Assembly (NCBI GenBank): GCA_963827685.1
Contig: CAWHBU010000004.1
Span: forward strand, 128,001-192,000
Direction of reading: 5' to 3'
DNA: 64,000 bases
DNA from: an uncultured delta proteobacterium
GTDB lineage: Bacteria > Desulfobacterota > BSN033 > UBA1163
In this document: piece after piece, positions 28,801 through 37,770 of the stretch
Position numbering within the stretch: the first letter of the stretch is position 1
Layout of the letters: the number at the start of each line of letters is the position of its first letter
The notes under the pieces: generated by a model
What the model was told of the DNA's origin: nothing
Databases searched by the model: none
What the model saw: only the letters and a program-made list of their open reading frames with translations
Position numbers and translations under genes: made by a program

Positions 28801-29529
28801 AAAAGAATCGGGGGAAACCGGCAGGAGTCCGGCTTGTCGGGGAGCTCTCCCTATCCCCCAAGAGTCACATTACTCCATTTTGCTCGAAAATCCAATATGG
28901 AAACTACCGGGAGAAGAAGTACAGAGGGAAGGTTATGAACGGAGGCCGGGGGCCTTAAACAGATTCGACCGGGGATGTTTCTCTATCCACCCACCCGATT
29001 GATGCACACCTGGACACCTGAAAAAAAAGACATCCAAAGCTCTATGTTGGCCCTCCTTTAGCGCCTCGTCTCGGATGTTTACTTGGCAAACCCGAAAGAA
29101 TCACTTCCTCCGTGACAGGGTATGAAAGAGGGGCACTGGGCCTTCTAAACCTTGTGGAAGCGAAAGGAGGAATTACGTGAACAAGGACACTCCGAAGCCG
29201 GTATCACCAAAATCATTGAAAAGGTTAGAGCACGCATTGACACAAAACATTTGTTCAGTTTCCTATTATAATGATTTGTGTAATTCAACATCATCGTTCC
29301 ATCCTTATTGCTAAGAACGCCATTGCCGTAATCTTTTTTAAAACGCTCTTCGGGCCGTTTACCACACCGTTCTCGTAACTCATCTCCTTCTTTGATTGGG
29401 GCTGCATAGCTGCCACCTTATGCCAAGCCGCCTCTCTGCTTCGGCAATGAACCCGTCTTAAAACATCCGCTGAGTAGCACTTGGTTTTTTCATAGGTTTA
29501 TCTCCTATTAGGTAAATGACACATCCCCC

Positions 29530-29880
29530 TCACTTCCACTCCCATGCCCATTTTATAATCTTCCACCCAACCTTAAGAATGGTGATCCCCAAAAATAAGA
29601 TTATCCCCAAGACAACCAAAACAACGATCGCATAAAAAAGTCCTTTGAGAATCCCTGCAATAATATCATCAATATCCCATCCCCGGGTTGATTGAATAGT
29701 ATCGGAAGACGGATACACAGGGGACAGATCACTTCCTTGAGTTTCATCCATGCCCCTTGATTTTTCTTTTAGCTTACCACACACATTGCAGAAACCTCTC
29801 TGGTCTATGGTTCCGATACAGCAATCATCGTCACACAAAATGCGTTCGGCTTCTTCCTGCTCCATTTCGTTGACCTTCAT
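29530..29880 (-). CDS. Small membrane protein with Cys cluster
   Basis: LCDDDCCIGTI...CNVCGK plus a C-terminal TM helix. Confidence 0.6.
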   Translation of the reverse strand: MKVNEMEQEEAERILCDDDCCIGTIDQRGFCNVCGKLKEKSRGMDETQGSDLSPVYPSSDTIQSTRGWDIDDIIAGILKGLFYAIVVLVVLGIILFLGITILKVGWKIIKWAWEWK

Positions 29881-29922
29881 GCCAAGTTACAAAACCTTTC
29901 ATTTTGACTCGCTTGCGCTATG

Positions 29923-30906
29923 TCAGTTCATCAGCGGTTTGAGGATTTCAGGAATCTGTTCACGCCATTCCAGTTTTTCTTGGACATCCCGGCGTTCTTT
30001 GGCCAACCAAGCGAGAATTTGGGCCACGTCAAAGAGGTTCTTGCTCTTGGACGGAGAACCAGGGACTTGGCGTACCTGTTTGGTTTCAATGGTGGTAGGT
30101 GTCTGGCCCTTGTATTGACCGACAATCTCAACGTCATAGCCCGTGCCAGCGATATGGAATGTGCGAGTTGCTGCCTTGAAGCCCCATTGGTCCCTTACAT
30201 CCTTCTCTACCCACCTTACAACGGCTTCAGGCGAAACGCGCTGTTCGCGCCACTCACGGAAGTTCTCTTTTTCGGTTTTAGCCCTTTCGAGTCCCGATGA
30301 GAGAACCGAGCCCACATCGCCAAGGTTCAGATCTCCCATGTGCCGGCGGCATATCTGCGCCTCCGTCACACCGATCACAAGGCCGTTGCTGCACACAAAT
30401 CGAAACCAACCCATCATGGCCCGGAAACGAGTACTGCCGTCCACGGAATTAATGATCTCAAGCCGCATGGCGAGCTCGTGCCCGTCACCAGGGTCGAACG
30501 CATACTTCGGTGGCAGGTATAGGCTAAGGGCCATTCGCTCACCATATTCGGTGAGGGTGAGATCGACCCCCACGCACTCGGGTTCAATTCCAAATTGCCT
30601 CATAACCTCTTTCGCTGTCTCAACGACTTCGGCGTGTTTTACGAGGACGTAGTCCTTCGAAACGATGTTAATCGGGACGGAGGCCCATTCCGTTCCGAAG
30701 GGTTTTCTGATGATCATATCGAGGCGAGCATTGGCGAGGCTTGGTTGGTTGGCTCGATCTCCAAGAGCGAAGTCCTGTCGATCAAAATCCGGTATGTGTT
30801 GGGGAATGTCCGCGAGGGACCCTTTATGAAATCTGACTGGTGAGTTGAGCCACTTTTGATCTTGACCAATGGGGAGAATCATTTGCTGTTGCCTCATAGG
30901 CATCAC
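29923..30906 (-). CDS. DUF932/DUF945-family MGE protein
   Basis: VSKDYVLVKH, INSVDGS and FRFVCSNGLV motifs. Confidence 0.8.
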   Translation of the reverse strand: MMPMRQQQMILPIGQDQKWLNSPVRFHKGSLADIPQHIPDFDRQDFALGDRANQPSLANARLDMIIRKPFGTEWASVPINIVSKDYVLVKHAEVVETAKEVMRQFGIEPECVGVDLTLTEYGERMALSLYLPPKYAFDPGDGHELAMRLEIINSVDGSTRFRAMMGWFRFVCSNGLVIGVTEAQICRRHMGDLNLGDVGSVLSSGLERAKTEKENFREWREQRVSPEAVVRWVEKDVRDQWGFKAATRTFHIAGTGYDVEIVGQYKGQTPTTIETKQVRQVPGSPSKSKNLFDVAQILAWLAKERRDVQEKLEWREQIPEILKPLMN

Positions 30907-31119
30907 CTCCTATTTTCCCCTTCCTATGCATACGTCCGAATGTTGTCCGTGCTCATGCCAATTCTTTGTATAAACCGATGCCAATTTCTTGTCGTAAATT
31001 ATCAGCAGATTCCCAGAATTATTCTCCTCAGCAGCCTTGTGAAATTAAAAGACCCTACCAATTATCCCAATAATACAAATACTAAGACTTAAAGTCAATT
31101 TATTAATAATAATGACTCT

Positions 31120-31512
31120 ATGTCGCTGTTAAATACCCTACAATTGAAATATCCTCTCCTCCAAAAAGGAGTGGATATGGCCAATATTAAGAAGAAGCTC
31201 GGAATTAGACTATTTCAGTTGAGAAATGAAGCCGGTCTTACCCAAGCTGAACTTGCTGAAAAAGCTGATCTTAGCATTGACTCAATAAGTAGGATAGAAA
31301 GAGGAGAAAGGGCTCCGTCATTAGAATCGTTGGAAAACATTGCTTCAGCCCTGGGGGTTGAACCAATGGAATGCTTTAACTTTAATGGAAAGGAAATTGC
31401 AATACTGGCTGAAGGATCACCAGAAACCTTGGAATTGTGGAACCTCTTGAAGAGTAAAAAGCGAGACCAAATCAAAAAAATACATGATATCGCTAAGATT
31501 TTATTACGTTAG
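31120..31512 (+). CDS. XRE-family HTH regulator, controller (C)-protein-like (likely start ATG 31177)
   Basis: LGIRLFQLRNEAGLTQAELAEKADLS..SISRIERGERAPSLESLENIASAL; AAGGAG RBS. Confidence 0.88.
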   Translation: MSLLNTLQLKYPLLQKGVDMANIKKKLGIRLFQLRNEAGLTQAELAEKADLSIDSISRIERGERAPSLESLENIASALGVEPMECFNFNGKEIAILAEGSPETLELWNLLKSKKRDQIKKIHDIAKILLR

Positions 31513-31569
31513 TTAGACAAGTGGAGTCACCCATAAGTCGGCCTCACTATCCTCCTCTCTTTTCCCTCT

Positions 31570-31728
31570 TCATCCCCGATCCACCACCCTTACCATCTCC
31601 AAAAATTCCTCCTTGGTAAATACCCCCTTCTCCACAAGCAACCTGGTGAGGGCTCCCTGTTGGACAACCTGGGACATGAGGAGTTCTTCAAAGGAAACGA
31701 TTTGCTTAGGGTCAATGGCGGTTGCCAT
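31570..31728 (-). CDS. Small hypothetical protein (52 aa; not in the ORF track)
   Basis: Translated by hand: MATAIDPKQIVSFEELLMSQVVQQGALTRLLVEKGVFTKEEFLEMVRVVDRG; AGGA RBS. Confidence 0.6.
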   Translation of the reverse strand: MATAIDPKQIVSFEELLMSQVVQQGALTRLLVEKGVFTKEEFLEMVRVVDRG

Positions 31729-31769
31729 GAGACTTCCTGTGAAAGATTTACAAACCTTGTTCTAAAGAT

Positions 31770-32456
31770 CTAAATCCAATGCATTGTATATCTTGAATAA
31801 TTATACTCATCTATTCTTTTCAGAAGTGACCTATCATCGGGGTTAGGGGCATAATTCCTAACATGCCATGCCATGATTTTCATTTTCTTACAGAATCTAA
31901 AATACGGGTCATCGGCAGAATCGGAAAAATAGAAACAATCATATTTAAAAGCTATGTTTGAGTCCCAAAGGGGAAGGAAATTGGGGGCAAAAAGGCAAAG
32001 AGCCTTGGCAACGGAAACAGGACTCTTTCGACCATCTCGTTGCCGTTTCAGCGCTTCATTGAACCTATTAAATAAACCTTTTATTGTGTGCTCATCAACA
32101 TCTGACAATTCCTCAATATTTTTGTTTTTTAAATCGCTCAAAACAGCCAAATCGGTGCTTATGCAGCTAACCAATCCGTCAAAAGCATAATTGGAATAAA
32201 GATAATTCCATCCCCGGATTATAATGCCAACGCCCTTAGCCATGTTCTCAGGGTTGCCCCAGTTCTCCGAGACAACTCCTAAGGCCTCAAAATAAATCGG
32301 CCCTCTATTTTCCCGGTGATTGTACAATTCATACCCTTTGCGGAATTCCTCATAATCTGGAATGTGAAAATCTATATCGGCATCCATAATTGACTCACCT
32401 TCCCCCTCGCACATAGACCTCCGAATGCCTCTCATGCTCCAACCAATTCTTTGCAT
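31770..32456 (-). CDS. Hypothetical protein with an HhH-glycosylase-like motif (likely start 32387)
   Basis: SPVSVAKALCLFAPNFLPLWDSNI and C-terminal LKRIDEY; RBS overlaps the end of the PLD gene. Confidence 0.5.
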   Translation of the reverse strand: MQRIGWSMRGIRRSMCEGEGESIMDADIDFHIPDYEEFRKGYELYNHRENRGPIYFEALGVVSENWGNPENMAKGVGIIIRGWNYLYSNYAFDGLVSCISTDLAVLSDLKNKNIEELSDVDEHTIKGLFNRFNEALKRQRDGRKSPVSVAKALCLFAPNFLPLWDSNIAFKYDCFYFSDSADDPYFRFCKKMKIMAWHVRNYAPNPDDRSLLKRIDEYNYSRYTMHWI

Positions 32457-32991
32457 AGAGCGAAGCCAATTTCTTGTCTTTGATCACAAGAAGATTTTCT
32501 GCATTCTTTTCTTCGGCAGCCTTTGTGAAATTAAAAGACCCGGTAATCACGGTCTCCCCATCGATAATCATCACCTTGTTGTGGGCTATGGCGTGTTTAG
32601 CATCTATCTTGACAGGGATCCCTTGGTTATAGAGAAAAGTGGCTGATGAATACTTTTGTGTCCTTTGGCTCTTGTCCAGGACAACTTCCACCTTCACTCC
32701 TCTCTTATGGGCATTCAACAGTGCTTTGGCGATGGGAGCGGATGTGAAGGAGTAGGCTTGGACAAGGATGGTGGTTTGGGCTTTGTTCAACTCTTTTATG
32801 ATGGCTTCGGTCGCACCCCCTTTGGGGGAGAAATAGACTTCCCAGGTGCAGGTGGTGGGTTTTTCTTGGGGGAGGGTGATGGAGGGAGATAATATGCACC
32901 AAAGGGTAATGGTAAAGAGCGTAAGTAAAGCGGTTATTCGATTCATTCGGTTCCTACTTGTTTCTTTATCTGATTGCGGAATCGTAACCAA
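32395..32991 (-). CDS. Secreted phospholipase-D-family (Nuc-like) nuclease
   Basis: Signal peptide; YFSP, AYSFTS, single HKD motif HNKVMIIDGETVITGSFNFT, NAENL. Confidence 0.9.
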   Translation of the reverse strand: MVTIPQSDKETSRNRMNRITALLTLFTITLWCILSPSITLPQEKPTTCTWEVYFSPKGGATEAIIKELNKAQTTILVQAYSFTSAPIAKALLNAHKRGVKVEVVLDKSQRTQKYSSATFLYNQGIPVKIDAKHAIAHNKVMIIDGETVITGSFNFTKAAEEKNAENLLVIKDKKLASLYAKNWLEHERHSEVYVRGGR

Positions 32992-33073
32992 AACATAAGA
33001 CTGAGGTGAGGCTGTGGTCAGCCAGTGGCTCTTCAGTCCAATCGGTTAAGAGTGGGGACTTATAGATACACAA

Positions 33074-34444
33074 TCAGCCGTGAAAGCGTTCTTGTAACCA
33101 ATCAGTCAGTTGGGGTCCTTCCAATTTTCTCGTCGTGTTACCTTCCCGAACGTACACCTCTCCATCGAAATGCACAACTCCAGGTTTTGCTACCGGTGGC
33201 ACATCAACTGCGCAAATGACCGAGTTATTCCAAGGCTCAAATCTGACATAGACTTTGCCCAAAAGGATTGGATGAAAGAGGGAGGAGCAAAGCAAATCTC
33301 GCAGTTTCTGTTCAAAACCGTCCCTATTTTTTTTCTTGCATAACCGGAAGTCTCTTTCAATACCTTTTATTTCACGCTTGTCAGAGACTCCGATGAACAA
33401 CGTGCCACCAGATGAATTCAAGAAAGCTGCAACAGTTCTGAGAGCAGACTTGAGCACAATTTGACTCGATGCGTTCGTATTCACGTCAATCTCTAAAGTC
33501 TCCTTGAACTCAATTGTTTGGCACTCGCCTCTCTTCAAACCATCTTCAATTGAAATCTGGTATTTACGCTTCTTCCTCTCATTAGAAATGAAGTACCAAC
33601 TTAACAATAGAATCACCGTCACCCATGACAAAAATGCAATGATAAAATTGAATCGCTTTAGCACTTGCAATGCCTCTCGTTGAGGAGAAAAATTGAGAGG
33701 GACTAAGATTGTGCCTACCGTTTTGTTGGAATGATCAGTAATCGGTGTCACCAGAATTAGATACTCCTTTCCCTCGATCTTTCTTTCCTGAACTGGGGTT
33801 GCAACTAATTTTGACAAATTGATTCTGTCAAGTTCCAAGGGTATCCCACCCCAATGCATTCTTAGATTCCCATGAGCATCAAATACTGCGTAATCCACTA
33901 TATTATCAGTTTCCCTCGTCGGTAGTTTCGTAGCCTGTTCTACGTTCAATTTGTTAAACTTCTTCGCATTTGTAGCGAGTGTTTCATCATCTTCTTTCAG
34001 GTTTTTCGGGTCTGCAATCCCCAAGACTATCGAGCCATCTTTAATCTTTTTAAGTAGAAGTCGCCATTTCTCACCAGCAAATGTGGTCACAGTTGTGAAC
34101 TTCGAAGGTTCTAAGCTCATTAGGAGCCTCGGGGAAGGGATGAGGCCAGGAATAAAGCCTTCTATATCTATGACAACACCGTTTTCAGCAATCACATAGT
34201 ATCTCGGAACTGGAAATGAAGCGTCACGATATTTCTTCAAATCCCAATGGTCAACGTACAACACAGCGTCTTTGACTTCCTTGGTCCAATCATTGAGTTG
34301 TGAAAGAGCAGTCTTCTTTGCTTGATTCTCGACAAATACGTATTGGACAATGGCAACAGCTGAGAAGAACAATGCGGAAAACAGCAGAACCCAAAGTATC
34401 TGCTTATGAGTCTCTTTCAAGTTTAGCTTTGAAAGTATTCCCAC
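33074..34444 (-). CDS. 2-TM extracytoplasmic (Cache-like) sensor fused to a cytoplasmic Schlafen/AlbA_2 domain
   Basis: TM1, about 225-aa loop ending GKEYLILVTPITDHSNKTVGTILV, TM2, then GECQTIEFKET...TVAAFLNSSGGTLFIGVSD...GIERD...YVREGNTT. Confidence 0.82.
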   Translation of the reverse strand: MGILSKLNLKETHKQILWVLLFSALFFSAVAIVQYVFVENQAKKTALSQLNDWTKEVKDAVLYVDHWDLKKYRDASFPVPRYYVIAENGVVIDIEGFIPGLIPSPRLLMSLEPSKFTTVTTFAGEKWRLLLKKIKDGSIVLGIADPKNLKEDDETLATNAKKFNKLNVEQATKLPTRETDNIVDYAVFDAHGNLRMHWGGIPLELDRINLSKLVATPVQERKIEGKEYLILVTPITDHSNKTVGTILVPLNFSPQREALQVLKRFNFIIAFLSWVTVILLLSWYFISNERKKRKYQISIEDGLKRGECQTIEFKETLEIDVNTNASSQIVLKSALRTVAAFLNSSGGTLFIGVSDKREIKGIERDFRLCKKKNRDGFEQKLRDLLCSSLFHPILLGKVYVRFEPWNNSVICAVDVPPVAKPGVVHFDGEVYVREGNTTRKLEGPQLTDWLQERFHG

Positions 34445-34469
34445 CTCTTGTGCCCTCCGTAATTACCTT

Positions 34470-34578
34470 ATTCTCTGCAATATCCCTGGCGATTATGTCT
34501 GGTGGCGGAGGTTTTCCGAGTCCTCAAGGTTTTCATCTTTCAGCCAGAATATATCGGGGCTTACCTCGTCCCTCTGCT
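34470..34578 (-). pseudogene. Relic C-terminus of a second, different HsdM
   Basis: Minus strand reads RDEVSPDIFWLKDENLEDSENL/PPDIIARDIAEN (one frameshift), the typical HsdM LDIFWLKDESL...LP.P tail. Confidence 0.7.
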
Positions 34579-34590
34579 CCGACCGGAGTT

Positions 34591-37500
34591 TTATACCCCC
34601 ACATATACGCTTCGCCCCTCTCCATAGTAGCTCTCAAAAATATGCTGATACACGGCGTTGCATTTCTGAGTATAAATTTCCCGGGTGAATACCCGAGGCA
34701 GTTCATCCAGTTTATCCTCGACGGCCACACGGACAGCCGCTCGTGTCGCCTGTGTTTTCCGCCAGTCGAGAACCAATTTTTCCCGTTTCAGCGTCTCCAA
34801 CAGTTCACGGGCGATGCTTTTGACTTGCCCCTCTTCCTTCTTGGTGAGTTTCATCTCGGGCTTGGTGATGAGGTCAAACACCGCCAGTTCTTCCTCGGAC
34901 AGCCCCTCCGAAACCCCCCGTTTCTCCTCTTCTTGCAGTTCGTTTACAAACTTGAGCAGTCGCTCAAAGAACTCCTCTAAGTTGGCCGCACCCTGATTGT
35001 ATTCGTCGATCATCTGTTGGAATTTCTCCAAGTAGTCCACCCGGGTCTTGTTCAGTCGCACCATCTTTTCCAAAGCAGAATTGATGGCCCCACGGAGTTT
35101 TTCAATCTCCATGCGCCTCCGTTCTTTGGCAAACTCCTTCTTGAGAGCCTTAAAATCAATCTCGCTGAGGTCGATCAGTTTTTTCTTCCCATCGGGGGTC
35201 GATGATCCCAGAATGACATACCCTTTGGCTGTGATGTTCTCGTCCAACAGATCCTCTACCTCTTCCATGATCTTGGATACATCGGCCTCGGGCTGAAGAG
35301 CCTCTATTTTCAGTTGGATGACCCGGAACAGGGCACAAACAGGGACAAACTCGTTGGCCTCGGGGTCGGGGAGTATGGCCTTGAAGATACGGTTGACAGT
35401 ATTGGAGAGGTTGATAAACCGCTTTTTGGTGGTGTCGTTGACCAAAACTACGTCAACGGCCTCATCCAGTAACTTCACCCGCTCGAACCCTTTTGCGGCG
35501 ATGATGGGTTCCACCTTGACGCTTGTTTCCTTGAGAAACTGGACAGTCTGAGCGATGGCCGTTTTGAGCATGGCGACGAGTTCCGCCTTCTCTTTGACCG
35601 GTTCTTCTCCGGGTTTCACCCCTCCGCCCGAACCCGAACCATAGATCGCCAAGGCCCTTTGAAGGTTACGAAATACCCCCACGTAGTCAACGATAAGCCC
35701 GTTCACCTTGTCCTTAAAGACCCGGTTGGCCCGGGCGATGGTCTGCATCAATGTGTGGTTCCGCATTGGCTTGTCAAGGTAGATGGCGGAACAGGATGGG
35801 ACATCGAACCCGGTCATCCACATGGCGCAGACAAACACCAACCGGAACAGATCATCAGGGTCTTTGAATTTGGTGTCCAGATCCTCCTTCACCATTCGTT
35901 GGCGATGAGGGACGATGTCCACGCCCTTCTTTTTCAACTCGGCAACTTCATTCTGAGACGAGGAAACCACGACCGCCATGTCTGTTTCCCGCATATAGGA
36001 AATCTTTTTCTCCACGTCCTGTCGTCCCGGCCCTTCCAGTTTGTTTATCTGCTTTGTCAGTCGTTGGATCTTCTGCTTCCAGTATTTCTGCACCTTGTCA
36101 TACATCTTCACGGCGGTGGCTTTATCAATGCTCACAACCATGCCCTTACCGAGTTGTCCCCGCTCGGTGAAGTGTTCGACGATGTCCTCGGCGATCTTTT
36201 CCAAGCGATCTTCCCGGGTGATAAGGTGATATTCCCGGGAAAATTCCCTTTCCAACTTCTTCTCTTGGGCCTCGTCAAGCTCTGCCTCTTCCAACAGCCG
36301 ATCCATCCCCTCCTTGAAAGCTCTCTCGTCCTTTAATTGAAGTTCAGGGATACGATTTTCATAGTAGAGCGGCACCGTGGCTCCGTCGTCCACGGACTGT
36401 TTGAAGTTGTAGATAGAAACATACTCACCAAATACCTCCCGAGTCTTTTCCTCTCCTATGATGAGTGGCGTTCCGGTGAAGGCGAGGAATGACGCTTTGG
36501 GAAGGGCGTTTCTCATGTTCAGGGCGAGGGTGTCATATTGGCTCCGGTGTGCCTCATCGGTGATGACGATAATGTCCTCCCTCTGCGATAGGACAGGATG
36601 GGGACTGCCATCCTCGGTGCGAAATTTGTGGATCAGGGTGAAAACGAACCGGTGATCCTCGGTGAGGAGGCGCCGGAGGTCTTTTGAACTTTCGGCTTGA
36701 CAATGGCCTTCCGTGATTACCCCGGCATTTGCAAAGGTCTTGTAGATCTGGTCGTCCAGTTCCTGCCGGTCGGTAACGACGACGAATGTCCAGTTCCCCG
36801 GCACTTTCCGCAAGACCTTCTGGGAGAAGAAAATCATGGAAATGGACTTGCCGCTTCCCTGCGTATGCCAGAACACACCCAAACGGCCCTTGCGGTTCTT
36901 GATTTCTTGCAGGGCAGCCATGGCGTTTTCCACCCCAAGATACTGGTGGTTCTTGGGCACAATCTTGACTATCCCGCCCCGGACTTCCATGAACAGGAGA
37001 AAGTTCTCCAAGATGTCCAGAAACCGGATTGGCTCGCAAGTCCCTCGGAGAACGGTTTCAAGGGAGATGACTCCTTCTTCCCCCTCGCTGTTGATTTTCT
37101 TCCAGTCATTGAAGTGGCCCCAGTCGGATGTGATGCTTCCAACCTTAGCCTCACTTCCATTGGAGAGGATGATGAAGGCATTGAACCAGAAGAGTTGCGG
37201 GATGGTGTCCTTGTAGTCTGTCAGATTTCCCGTGAAGGCTGTTTGAATCTGTTTGTGGCTTGCCTTGAGTTCGACAAACAGGAGCGGGATGCCGTTGACG
37301 AATCCCACGAGGTCGGCCCGCCTCTTATACATTTCCCCCACGAGCCAAAACTGGGAAACCAAGAGAAAATCATTGTTGGCGTGGTTGTCCCAATCTACGA
37401 GCCTGACAGTTTCAACCTTCTCCCCACCTCCTTCCGGGTCGGGAATATGGACTTTGACGCCGTTTCGCAGAAGTTGGTATATCTCCCGATTGGCGGCAGG

Positions 37501-37770
37501 CATACTGAGCCGAGAACGGTCACGAGTCAATTCCTCAAACATAAGATTATTTGCTTCGGGAGGGAGGTCGGGGTTCAGACGCTTGAAAGCAATACGAAGG
37601 CGGGATTGGAGGATAATTTCGGATTGATTATCCCGGCCAAGAGTACCGGAAGGGCCAAGAATTTCATGCAGGGCGTTGATATGACCCCATCCCAATTTTT
37701 TAAGCATTTCGATGGCGGGCAGTTCAATGAGTTCTTGCTCGGAATACGAATAGCTGCCTTTGAGTGTCAT
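34591..37770 (-). CDS. hsdR: Type I restriction enzyme R subunit
   Basis: RADLVGFVNGIPLLFVELK nuclease motif, HTQGSGKS, DEAHRSQ, FTGTP, MQTIARANR. Confidence 0.97.
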   Translation of the reverse strand: MTLKGSYSYSEQELIELPAIEMLKKLGWGHINALHEILGPSGTLGRDNQSEIILQSRLRIAFKRLNPDLPPEANNLMFEELTRDRSRLSMPAANREIYQLLRNGVKVHIPDPEGGGEKVETVRLVDWDNHANNDFLLVSQFWLVGEMYKRRADLVGFVNGIPLLFVELKASHKQIQTAFTGNLTDYKDTIPQLFWFNAFIILSNGSEAKVGSITSDWGHFNDWKKINSEGEEGVISLETVLRGTCEPIRFLDILENFLLFMEVRGGIVKIVPKNHQYLGVENAMAALQEIKNRKGRLGVFWHTQGSGKSISMIFFSQKVLRKVPGNWTFVVVTDRQELDDQIYKTFANAGVITEGHCQAESSKDLRRLLTEDHRFVFTLIHKFRTEDGSPHPVLSQREDIIVITDEAHRSQYDTLALNMRNALPKASFLAFTGTPLIIGEEKTREVFGEYVSIYNFKQSVDDGATVPLYYENRIPELQLKDERAFKEGMDRLLEEAELDEAQEKKLEREFSREYHLITREDRLEKIAEDIVEHFTERGQLGKGMVVSIDKATAVKMYDKVQKYWKQKIQRLTKQINKLEGPGRQDVEKKISYMRETDMAVVVSSSQNEVAELKKKGVDIVPHRQRMVKEDLDTKFKDPDDLFRLVFVCAMWMTGFDVPSCSAIYLDKPMRNHTLMQTIARANRVFKDKVNGLIVDYVGVFRNLQRALAIYGSGSGGGVKPGEEPVKEKAELVAMLKTAIAQTVQFLKETSVKVEPIIAAKGFERVKLLDEAVDVVLVNDTTKKRFINLSNTVNRIFKAILPDPEANEFVPVCALFRVIQLKIEALQPEADVSKIMEEVEDLLDENITAKGYVILGSSTPDGKKKLIDLSEIDFKALKKEFAKERRRMEIEKLRGAINSALEKMVRLNKTRVDYLEKFQQMIDEYNQGAANLEEFFERLLKFVNELQEEEKRGVSEGLSEEELAVFDLITKPEMKLTKKEEGQVKSIARELLETLKREKLVLDWRKTQATRAAVRVAVEDKLDELPRVFTREIYTQKCNAVYQHIFESYYGEGRSVYVGV

